From contig OU015567.1 of NCBI GenBank assembly GCA_907165135.1, positions 6,014,001-6,078,000 of the forward strand: a stretch of 64,000 nt of DNA, read 5' to 3'. The translations under genes and the position numbers were made by a program. Shown here piece after piece: positions 27,601-38,387 of the stretch (within the stretch, counting starts at the first letter, position 1; every line of letters starts with the position of its first letter). The DNA is from Oikopleura dioica. Its lineage: Eukaryota > Animalia > Chordata. The notes beneath the pieces are model-generated. The model did not search any database. It had not been told where the DNA came from and saw only the letters and a program-made list of their open reading frames with translations.

Positions 27601-30306
27601 ACAATCATGGACCTTATTCGCAAAGTTTTGTCGACAATCTTCGGCTCAAAATTTGAGTCAAATATTTGCCTTCAAAGACTAAATTTCTCCCTTTCAGAAT
27701 GGTTTGGGAAGCATGCCCCGTCTGCCCACCAATCCCATCCCATCCCTCCCGACCTCCACTCCCAGCTGGGCGGGCGCAGGCCTCGGCGGCTCACCCTACT
27801 CCACCGCCGCCGCCGCTGGTGGAGGAGGAGCTTCACAGCGAGAAAGCTCCTTTCACCGAAAACGCCCTACTCTTGGCATTTCGGAAGGTAAGAACAGACA
27901 CTTATTCAGCCATTCACTTGATTCAGGCGGAATACTTTTCGAGTATTATTTTGTCAAATTAAAAATACAAACTGGGGCGATTGTTGTTTCAAATTGGTCG
28001 CGGTGGCTGAATAATGCACTCGCCCGCGGCCAAGTGAAAGAAAAACACACCGCCCTGAAAACTGTATCCAAGTATCCGACTCGTGCTCGAGTTACAGTTA
28101 CAGTTCGAGCTTAGCAACCTGAGTACAAAACCTGAGTCAGGGTCTGAATGCTTTTCAGTAAGATTATTCAGACCCTAACCTAGGCTCGGCAGCCTGAGTG
28201 CAAAACCTGAGTCAGGGTCTGAATAATCTTACTGAAAAGCATTCTGACCCTGACTCAGGTTTTGTACTCAGGCTGCCGAGCCTAGGTTACAGTTTTCCCC
28301 AATTCTAGAGCTAAAAATGATAAACAAGCTCTTTTCTCTTGATGTGGAAAAGAAAACTTTTGCGCGGTACTCACGCAGCGGTCGCCAACACCTGGCCCGT
28401 CGGTGGGTTAAAATTTCTTTTCGCAAAACAAATAATCAGGGAGTGTGGTCCGATAAAATGGCGAAGAGTTCCAAAACCGATGCTAAATCACCGCGATAAG
28501 GGCAATTATGTTTTTCCTAAATAGAAAATAATAATATCGCCAGTGCGGCGATAAGGAAGTCTTATCACCTCTCTACTGGAGGCTAGACCGAAATCTTACT
28601 CCAGCAAAACTCGTAATTAGCAGCGGCGGAGAAAACGATAGATAAAGCGAGAAAAAAATATGTTTTGCAAAATAAAATCTCGCAAAATGAAAATATAAAT
28701 ATCGCCAGATTGGGCCGTTATCACAAGAGCTGCTTGTCAATTAGAACTTCAAAGCTCCAACGCCGCTGCTCCTCAGAGAGCCACGCCGATAAAACTCGAA
28801 AAGGCAAAACAAATGCTAAACATTTTCGTTTATATGTTATACTCAAAACTCGGAAAATCACAGAAATCGCCAAAAATAGGCGCAAAGGCCCAAAACAATC
28901 ACAAACGCGGAAAAATAATCCACCTTTTCCTAAAAACTTTCTAAAACGCTCTTTTTAGAACTGCACCAGAACTCGGACTTCTACAAGAACGCGGATGTTC
29001 GACCCCCATTCACATACGCTTCTCTCATTCGCCAGGCGATCGTCGAGTCTGAAGATCGCCAGTTGACCCTCAACGAGATCTACAACTACTTCATGAAGAC
29101 TTTCGCCTATTTCAGGTTCGTGAAATCCCAATTTTCATCCCCTAAATTCCCCTTTAGAAAAAACGCGGCGACATGGAAAAACGCGGTTCGACACAATCTA
29201 TCCCTCCACAAATGCTTCGTCCGCGTCGAAAACGTCAAGGGAGCAGTCTGGACCGTCGACGAAGTTGAATACCAAAAACGACGACCACAGAAACTATCTG
29301 GGTAAGCCCCCCTTCGTCTTATCATTTCCCTAACACCATTTCCAGCCCTGTTCTGCGTCCTCGAATGGACATGGACTCGCATTCTTCATCCCCTTTTCCC
29401 AACCCGATGATGCCTCAAGCCGCCACTTCTGATTCAAACAACTATTTATCCGCGGCCGCGCGGCTCTTCCAGAATCCCGCCCTCCTCGGGTAAGATCCTC
29501 CTCGTTCTCTTCCTTGATTTCAATTTCCAATTTTAGCGGCCTCAATCCCGCCCTCGCAGCACAACTTCAAGCGCAACTCAGTGGCAATGCCACTGCTGCC
29601 ATTTCAGCACCACCAACACCACCTCAAATCACTAATCCGACAGCTGCTTTTGACATTTCCGAAATGATCAGAAAACAATCTGAACTGTAAGTACCTACGA
29701 ATGAAAATAGGCATCTCGATTTCCAGACAATATTTTTTTTGAAGAAATAACGGAGTGATACCCTTATTTTTTGAAATGAAAATAAAGCTTCGAGCTATAT
29801 TGATGATTTTTGGCTCAAAAATAAGGGTGTCACTGTGTTAAATCTTGAAGAAATGCGTCGTTTGTTCAAGAAATAACAAAGTGATACCCTTATCTTATTT
29901 AGCTGAGAAAATAAGGGGGTCACTTTGTTAAATCATGAAGAAAATTGTCCAAAAAGTCGGATTTTCGCCGTTTTTTCGAGCCGAAAATCTTGTTTGGAAC
30001 TCAAATTATCGCTTTCATTTCAGTCTTGCGCAAGCAAACGGTGCCCTCGCCAGCCAGGAAGCCAGTGTAATGGAAGTCGAAGAAGCAGCGGAAGAAGCCC
30101 CCGCAGAAGAACCTATCAAAAGCGAACCACAAGTCCAAGAGCCGATCAGCGCTCCGATGGAAGTTCCAACCGTGGCGCCGGAAAGCCCACCAGCAGCAGC
30201 GGCTCAGGAAAATTCCGAGGAGCGGCCTGTCGAGATTCCAGAGCAAGAAGCAGCCCTAAACTCAAGTTCAGCCCAAATCAATTTAAACGAAAGTAATCCA
30301 CTGTAA
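18694..30306 (+). CDS. FoxP: Forkhead box P transcription factor (Q-rich region, C2H2 zinc finger/leucine zipper, forkhead domain)
   Basis: Hand-spliced exons with GT-AG junctions: 18694-18801, 19109-19213, 19498-19596, 22959-23179, 23239-23274, 24730-24837, 26990-27077, 27377-27508, 27698-27887, 28959-29115, 29158-29301, 29346-29489, 29537-29686, 30024-30306. They give [56 protein letters not shown] (FoxP ZF/zipper) and [56 protein letters not shown] (FoxP forkhead). The true 5' end and the 23180-23238 intron donor are uncertain. Confidence 0.96.
19871..20082. mobile_element. PIF/Harbinger (Tourist)-like MITE carrying the palindrome core
   Basis: GGGGTAGACATCAATAAAGCCGATTTCCAAG TIRs with TAA on both sides (19868-70, 20083-85). 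Confidence 0.8.
20590..21010. repeat. Two tandem copies of a palindromic CCAAT-box-rich element; a third copy at about 22470-22680
   Basis: Each copy has several GATTGG followed by several CCAATC in inverted arrangement. Confidence 0.75.
25684..25857. mobile_element. MITE with CACGTGACCGTCAAGCTG arms and the palindrome core
   Basis: Inverted arms around TCGAGAAGCCGC..GCGGCTTCTCGA; a related partial copy lies at 26440-26595; no TSD seen. Confidence 0.7.
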
Positions 30307-30638
30307 ATATTTATTTTATTCTCTTCTTTTTTCAAAACTGAAATTGTCTGTTTCTCGTGTTTGAAGATTAATTATCAAAAAAACTGCGCACACAAAAAAT
30401 ATTGTTCTAAAAATACGAAATCACTGAAATAAACAACAAAAATTCAACAAAAAAAGCCCCTTTTCTTTCAAGCAGGGTTTGAATAGGTTCGAAGAAGAAC
30501 CCACTGAGATTATCTCAGATTGCGCAACGAATCAGTCAATAGGCTAATTGTGGGGAGAACAAGAGAACAATTCCCACCGGAAACCAGGACAGTTTATAAA
30601 GGGACCTGCCCGGATTCGAAAAAGAGAAAGAGACGAAA

Positions 30639-31487
30639 ATGAAGGTTTTTATTGCAATTTTAGCAGTTGTCGCCGCGCAGAAAAAGGACTGGTTTTCCAG
30701 GTAAATTCGGGAAAAAAAACCATAAGAGGGTTTTTTAACAGAAGGACAAATAATTTTATGCGATTGTAGATGTTGAATAATTCTTTCTTATCGTAAAAAA
30801 AATAAATCGTTTACCCGGGAATCTAATTTATTAACTTCTCATCCTCAGATGTGTGAAACCAACTAACTTCGACCTCGACCTCTCGCGCTACGACGGAACA
30901 TGGTTCGAGCAACATCGCTACCCAGTCTCCTTTGAACCAGAAGCTGCCACATGCGTCCGCGCTCAATATACTCTCGAAGGTCTCTCCCCCTTTTCAACCC
31001 CCTTTTTTCACCTCCATCTTCAGGCAACGCTGTCCGAGTCAACAACTCGATGATCAACGAAGACCCGAAGAGCGGGCAAAAGGTGCTTTCTTGGGCTCTC
31101 GGTCGCGCGACTGTTCCGAATGAAGAGAAGAACAACAAGCTGATTGTCGTCTTCGACAAGATTCCCTCCATCGGCCAGTGGTTCATCAACAAGCTCGGCC
31201 CCAACTACTGGGTCATGGATACCGACTACGACAATTACGCCATTGGTAAAGATTCAAAGATCAACGCCGATTTTCGTCATTCAATTTTTTAAGTGATGAG
31301 CTGCAGCAATTACGGTTTATTTACCTCCACGTACTTCTGGCTCCTCGCACGTGACCCGAACTTCCGATCAACTTCGGCCTACATCGACATCATGGACAAC
31401 GTGACCACCAACTTCAAGGTCAAGAACTCGGCGCTCATCACCATCGACGCCAATAGCTGCGATTACGATGCCATCGTCGAGTTTTAA
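30639..31487 (+). CDS. Secreted lipocalin, apolipoprotein D-like
   Basis: Exons 30639-30700, 30849-30979, 31024-31245, 31294-31487. Signal peptide MKVFIAILAVVAAQ; lipocalin motifs DLSRYDGTWFE (GxW), YWVMDTDYDNYA and WLLAR. Confidence 0.9.
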
Positions 31488-31985
31488 CAACCTTTTCTGC
31501 TAATAAAAATAAAAAAAAACATAGTTTCTTCTTTGCATCTCTGAGTCGCGAAAATTGGCGCTAATCTGATAGCTTTATTGTCTGACCGTCTCGATTTCAA
31601 CTTGCCAGATTTCTTCATCAGAAAAATATGTCTAAAAATGGCCGTAATAAAATTTACTATTAATTGATTGACGATTTCGAACAAAAAAAGTGCGAGCCAT
31701 GAAGATTTGCTCCATGAATACGCCGGGCCATCAATCACAAAGGAAGAGCGTGATTCGGAAAGAGGACCTCGCACAGTTGGAAAATTCCTCACTCGCTCCT
31801 GGTTGCTATCGAGCTCGTAGCGTCGCCATTTGGCGATATTTTCATTTTTTTCTTTATTGAGAGAGCGAAAAAATCACCAGTCAAATAGAAACCAGTCGAG
31901 CATTATTAATCGGACGATATTTTTTTTGTTTAAAAACGGCAGCAAGAGACGCATCGTAAATTAAAAAAAACGAGAAATACGAATT

Positions 31986-33078
31986 ATGAACGAATTTCCA
32001 ACAAAGGTGAATGCTTATTCCTTATTAGAGAAAAATTGGCAAAGAAAAAAATCATGAAAAATGATTCAGGTTGGTTCGAAATGGCCGATTGTCCTGTCTT
32101 TCGTCTTCTTTTACCTGCTTTCCCGATATCTTTCCACTAGAGCCAAGCCTAAAAGGTAGTCTGACCGACAGTCAACCCTTCTTTCCCTTTTTTCCTCCTC
32201 TAGAATCGACCCAAAACGATACGGCCTCTACGAAAACCTCCAAGTCTCGATGATCCACTCTCTTCTCTCCGGCGTTGGCGCGTGCCTTGCCCTCTCTGAT
32301 CCGCAAATTTGGGATGATCTGATTCATTATTACAGTCCCTTTGGATCCAAGATTGTGAAGATGAGCACGGGCTACTTTCTCTACGACTTTTACCATGTTC
32401 TTTCAATCAACGACTTCAAATTTGCGGAATGTTGGGAACTCGTTGCGCATCATATTGCTGTTCTCAGGTAAAATAAAAAAAAATTATTAAATAATATAAA
32501 TTAGTAATAAAATTAGCTTTTTCGACCAAAAAGCGTCTAAAAATCGACTTTGAAAAAATTCTAGTTGCATTGGAACATCAGGTTTCTTCGACTACTACCA
32601 CGGCTTCTCCTGCATCGCTCTAGTCATGGAGGTCAATACGGTTTTCCTCCATGTTCGCAGCCTCCTCAAAATGGGCCGCAAGTGCGAATCAAACTTCTAC
32701 AAAATCAACTCCTGGATCAATCTGGTCACGATCGTGCTTTTTCGAATCATCGTAAGTCATTCGATTTCCGTCGTTATTTCCGAAAGTTCAAGCGTTATTT
32801 GATCGTCAAATACCTGACGTTTTCAAGCGACGGTCAAGCGGTCGAGCTATTTTCTCAAATATTACCCAAACAGTGCTTATTTGAAAATGCTTCTTTACAT
32901 TCATTTTCAGGTTGCCTTCGCAATGCTGTACCTATTCCAGACGCATTACGAACGACAAGCCTACTGGGAGTACTGCATCTGCAACATCGGCGTTTCTGTT
33001 GTTCAAATCATGAATTTCTTCTTGCTCTACAGAAGTTTCTCATTCGACCGCCAGTTCATCCTTCGAAAAGCAAGCTAG
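31986..33078 (+). CDS. TLC (TRAM/LAG1/CLN8) domain multipass membrane protein, TLCD1/2-like
   Basis: Exons 31986-32006, 32070-32155, 32204-32467, 32565-32751, 32911-33078. Motifs SMIHS, STGYFLYD, LVAHHI, MEVNTVFLHVRSLL and FRI are typical of TLC domains. Confidence 0.85.
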
Positions 33079-33286
33079 AGGGCTGTGATTTGAGGAGACA
33101 TGTAAACAACTGTACAATTTTTATACGAAAATAAAAAAATAAAAGAATGCGTCATTCCGAGAAAAGTCAAACTTATTGTTGTTTATGCCGGCTTCGAAAC
33201 AGGAAATGTTTTCTGAAGGAAGTTGGTCATTCTGTTTAGCAGATCAGAATCGGAGAATTCAGAAATTGAGTCTTTCAAAAGAAGAG

Positions 33287-36200
33287 ATGATATTTTTACT
33301 CTTCTTTTGGTCGCGATTTTCATCTGGAAAAGAGATATTCACCGGCTTCCTGGAAACAGCAAGCGCGCCTCTTGGATCGAAATGCGAGTTTCCCTTTGTT
33401 TTTGAGAACAGAACTCACGATGACTGTCACTTTTCAACTCGGGACGGACTTGATGCTCCTGCTTCTTGGTGCATTACTAATTCGACGACCGGCGAATGGG
33501 GCATTTGCCTGCCTGCTGAGGTGAGATCAAGAAAGAGAGAGGGTAAGATCTGCATTTTGTAGTATTCGTGTATCGATAACGACTTCGGAGAAGGGAGGAT
33601 CTGCAGGACTTCGATCCAGGAAGACGCGACCTTTTCCGACGCTCGAGAAAGGTGCTCTTCCTTTGACGGAATTATCTACGACCCATTCGTCTCTCTAGCT
33701 GCTTTCACGGACCTGCTGGAAGTAGACATCTCAAACCCAGCTTCAATGAATCTCACCTCTTTCTGGACCTCTTCTTTGAGCTATATTACTCAGCATAAGG
33801 CGTCTTGCCTTGCTGACACTTATTTTGCGATTTTCCCGGTAAGTTACCTTTCCCCCTTTTCAACCTTTTTCTAAAGCTCGTTTTCATAAGGCCAACAATA
33901 TGAACTCGACGCTGATAAATAGCTACGAAGACAGTGAAGTGAAAGCATACGACCATGTTCCATTTTTTGTAAATGGCGGTACAAACGACAGTAAGTAAAA
34001 AACTATCATATTCGCACTAATTTTTATTTAAGCTTGCTCGGAGAAAGCCCTCTATCTTAATCCGACTCTTGGAACACTTTTCGAAGCGGACATTAGCGAG
34101 AAGCTCCCCTTTTATTGCAGATACAAGGGACGCCAGGGCTCAAACTTCGAGCTGAACAAATATTCAGCAAAGGACTATCAGAATATGACCTGTCCTAAGA
34201 TGTTCACTTTCATTCCCAACTCGCCGGAGCCTTGTGTCAAAATTATAGAAAACGCAAATGACAAAGGATTCTGCACTGCTCTGGGAGGAAAACTTTTGGA
34301 TGCATCCACACCGATTTCTGTTTGGAAAAGGAAGGCGTTTATTTATCAACTTGAAATATTTTTAGGAACACTAAATAAAACGCTTGAAGGATTTCGATGA
34401 AAGCGTCAACAACAGCGTTTTATCTCGGAAAAATTAATTTCGAGGTAGTGAATAGAGGCCACGTTTATCAGGTGTTCTCTGAAAACGAATGGGATAAATA
34501 TATTATCTGGGACCGTCCAATGCATAATTTCAATAACGAAGATTTTCAAATGTTCTTTCCTTGGAAGATGTTTAACTTTCTCTTTACTAAAGACGTTTTT
34601 GTCTACGACGACGGAGAGTCGGAGCTCTCATCGTTATGTGCTGCGAGACCAGTTTTTGGGAAGCAGGACTCTTACTGGCAAGACTGCAGAACCGACTCAT
34701 TTCCTAACGGAGAGCCACTCGACTTTGAGCGCAAAAATTGCTACGGAATAGCTCCAGAGAAGACAACAAGGACTGCCGCGATGGAATATTGCAAGTCTCG
34801 AAATGCGACTTTTGATAACTTCAAATCTTCTCCAGAAGCAAACGAAACAGTGAAAGAGCTAGAATTGTGGACCGGTTTAACAAATAATGACACGATCATT
34901 TGGAAATTACTAAACATCAATGCTTCATCTTCAGAAGAATTCTGTGTAGGTCGCAACATTGTTCATGGCAAAAGAGAAACCTTTGAAAAAGTGTCATGCG
35001 AGGACCTGAGACATCCGATCTGCAAATGGCCCAGAAAAGAAGAGGAAAAAACTCCGGCAAAGAGACAATTGAGCTGTCCAAAAGGTTGGAATTTGGCTAA
35101 CCACACAATCAGCGCTGGGACGAAATGGATCAACGAAACCTCTCCAGCCGAAGAATTTACTTGTAAAGCGATTTTGGGAAGATGCACTGTTCCTGCTTGC
35201 ACATACGATTTGGCATTTCCGCGAAATGAAATTGGGCCAGGTTTTAATATCAAAAGACTTGTCATGCAAGAAGCTTTTTTCGGGTGGATTTGCAGAGATG
35301 TTGGTGCAGCCATGATTGGTGATCAGTTGGGAATGTCCCTGATGCAGCATAATTACAAATGCGTTCTCCAGCCATTTGCGAATGAAACGCAAAGTTCTCA
35401 GTTCAACTTCAACATGACACAGATCCTCGCCGATTCATTCGAATTGAAAGCGTGCGACAAAGAAAATTCCGAAGGCTTTGCGAAATTTGGCAACGAAACG
35501 ACCTGTTTTTTCCTTTCGAAAGAGGCAAAAACTTGGGCTGAAGCTCGTTCTTTTTGTAGAAAACAGAACGCTCAAGCGACTCTAGCATATCTTCCAAAGA
35601 AGAAATCGTTAAATTATGCAATGCACTATCTCGTCGAAACGAATTCTTCAGATGATGTCTGGATTGGCTTGACCAGCTATCACGATTTGCACATGTTCGG
35701 CGACTGGTCCAGCGATTTCAAATGGAGCGCAAGTGGAGAAATCATCGACGAAAATCTTTTCAACTATTTGGCAAATCATCCAGCGTCCAAATTCGACAGA
35801 TGCGTTAGTTATGGAAACGATATTTTTTTCAATTTCAATCATTGCTCTGATACGAAACGATTCATGTGCACTTTGAGTGACATAAAACCGCGAAATAATC
35901 AGGACGATCGAAACAAGCGCGGCTCCTGGTGCCCGGCAAATACGTACAAGCAGGGCTACTCTTGCTTCACCTTCTTCAACGAGACGAAAGACACTTTCAA
36001 TTTGACATATGATGCTGCAAGTGAACTGTGTGAGGAAGAAGACGGTCGAATGCTCGCGTCGTTTTACAGAAGGGATCAAAACTTGGCTCTAGCGGCTTCG
36101 CTGTGTAACAGTACTTTCTCCGCGAATTTGAAGGGATTTTGGCTGGGGCTGAAAGGAAAGTACAGTTGGGAGGGGGACAAACTAGAGTTCAAGTGGCTGG

Positions 36201-38050
36201 ATCAATCGCCATTTACGTTCAGCAACTGGTTGAGTAGTAATGATCTGCTGCAGTTTCGAGGGTACGCTGGTGTCCAAGCCGAGAGACACAAATGTGTTTA
36301 CTTCAACGCGGACCCCAGCGAGGGCGAAATCGGCCAATGGGGGCTCAAAGACTGCAACGACATGGATGGCATGGGCGCTCTCTGCTCTCACCCAAAGTGG
36401 GCAACGAAAGACTACGTCGACCAGTGTCGAGACATTGCTCCTCCAAGCACTTGCCAGAGAGGAACTAATACTCCTCTTGGCTGCAAAGCTTTGTCCCGAC
36501 CTCAGCGAAAACAATGCATGAAAACTTGCGGCTTCTGTGGAAAGAGGAGAACTCAGAAGAGAATGCGAAAGCCAAATGGAGACTTTTTCGACGCTTGCCC
36601 GGATGTCAAGTGGGAAGGGAAGACAATGAACAGAAAAGCTGCCGGAAATGGCGGATGCATGTTTTTCAACCGATGGACCTACCTGAACTTTAGATCAAGA
36701 AGGGCGAAAAGAAATCGAATCGAGGACGCAACTTGGGACGATGCTCAGGGAATTTGCATGACCGCGAAGGAGGCAGGCGAGAAGGGAAGACGAGCGAACC
36801 TTGTTCATGGCGATTCTTGTGCCTACACAACGATGGAAGCATATCTCTGGAAAGAAGCGATTCTAGGCAGGGGTATTCGGCAAGGAAATGACGAGACAGA
36901 AGACGATGATGATAGCGATGATGACGGTGATGAAAACTCCAACGACGATGAAGAGAGCGAGGACGACAACGACTCGATGAGCGATGAAAATGTCGACGAA
37001 GATGTTTTCACGGACAAAGACAAGCTTGCATGGCTCGGACTTCGCTTCAACTTTGAATCCGGTTCTTTCGAGCAAATCTCTGGGCGACTTGGCGCTGGAA
37101 ATCACTGGGCAGCTGGGGAGCCAAATTTGACAAGAAGAGGGGATGAAAAGTATCTTTGCGCGGCGGCGGACTACGAAAGTGCGAACAGAACGGAGTGGAG
37201 AATGGTTCCTTGCAATCTCACTTTACCGGTAAAAATTTAATCATTGTTGGAAAGAGAGTGGGATTTTTAGTTTTTCTGCACTTGGGACGAGCATGAAAAC
37301 TTCGCCTCGCTGAACCAAGGCTTTTGCGAACGAGTCCAGGGAGCTGATTACTGGATGCATCTCGACAACACTTGCTTCTATGGAAAGAAAGAGCGCATTT
37401 CTTTTGACGATGCTCACGGCTTCTGCAAAAATATGACCGGCGAGATTTTGAAGATTAACGATTTGGAGAAAATCCGATTTATAAGGAATGAGTTTAGTCA
37501 GTCGAGAATCATGAATAATTTCAACTGGGAGAGTAACTTCTTCTGGCTTTCTTCAGGAAAAAGTCAGATAAGAATCACGTGATTTTCAATATATTTGATT
37601 TATTGGCGACTTGATTCAGTAAATTACTCGAAAAACGGTCTATTTTGGAATGGAACGGACCAAAAACTCGAAGAAAATACATTCGCTAATATTCCTGATG
37701 ATCGACCAGATGATAACTATGTTTTATCTTGGCAACTGTCTCACGAGCACGATAAAGTGGGCTTGTTCTACAAAGAAAAGGAGAGCAAAAGCATGGTTAT
37801 TTGCGAACGACCGGCGATGGTGATGAAACGAGTTCCAAAACGAGGACATGGATTTTTAGTCTTTCTAGGAGAGGGTTGTAGAAAGAGCTTGATCGATTTT
37901 ATCGTTTATCTTCAACTTTGGCAAGTGATTGCAACTGTGATCTGCGTCGGAATTTTCTTGTGGAAACGGCAACAAGGCGAAAACTACCGATACCTGCCGA
38001 CCGAGAGGATCATCCAAAACGATACGATGACACAACGTCTCAAATTTTGA
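33287..38050 (+). CDS. Type I membrane receptor: signal peptide, fibronectin type II, about 7 C-type lectin-like domains, ShK domain, TM (mannose-receptor-like architecture)
   Basis: Exon 33287-33520 encodes CEFPFVFENRTHDDC..WC..WGIC (FnII). The long ORF 34397-37240 has repeated CTLD motifs (TWAEARSFC, VWIGL, FKWS, FWLGL, WAAGEPN). ShK is at 36425-36538. The hydrophobic segment VIATVICVGIFLW is followed by KRQQ near 37930. Several small introns were inferred. Confidence 0.85.
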
Positions 38051-38387
38051 CCGTGATTTAACGGTTCTGTGCACTTACTTGCTCGACAACTTCATTAATG
38101 ACGACTTTTGGTCCGAAATACAGTTAATATTCAATCGACATTCTACTAGTTGGCTACTGGTCATTCAATTATTACATTCATCAAGAATTTTCTCAATAAG
38201 TTTTTGAACAAAACCCCATTTCAAATTTACTCGTTCATTCTGAGCTGAGTTCCATCGACCCAGTTAATTTGCAACTCTCATCCAGACAATTGTGGAACGC
38301 TTGTCAATTCAAATAAAAAGGGTCTTAAATGAAAAAAACCAGGCTCATTTAACCGCGTTTGCTTAAAGAAGATATTTGAAAAGAAAA

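Noticed and set aside
34331-34389. GA-AG intron in the lectin gene
   Set aside because: A canonical GT donor at 34337 in the same phase also works, so it is not evidence of non-canonical splicing.
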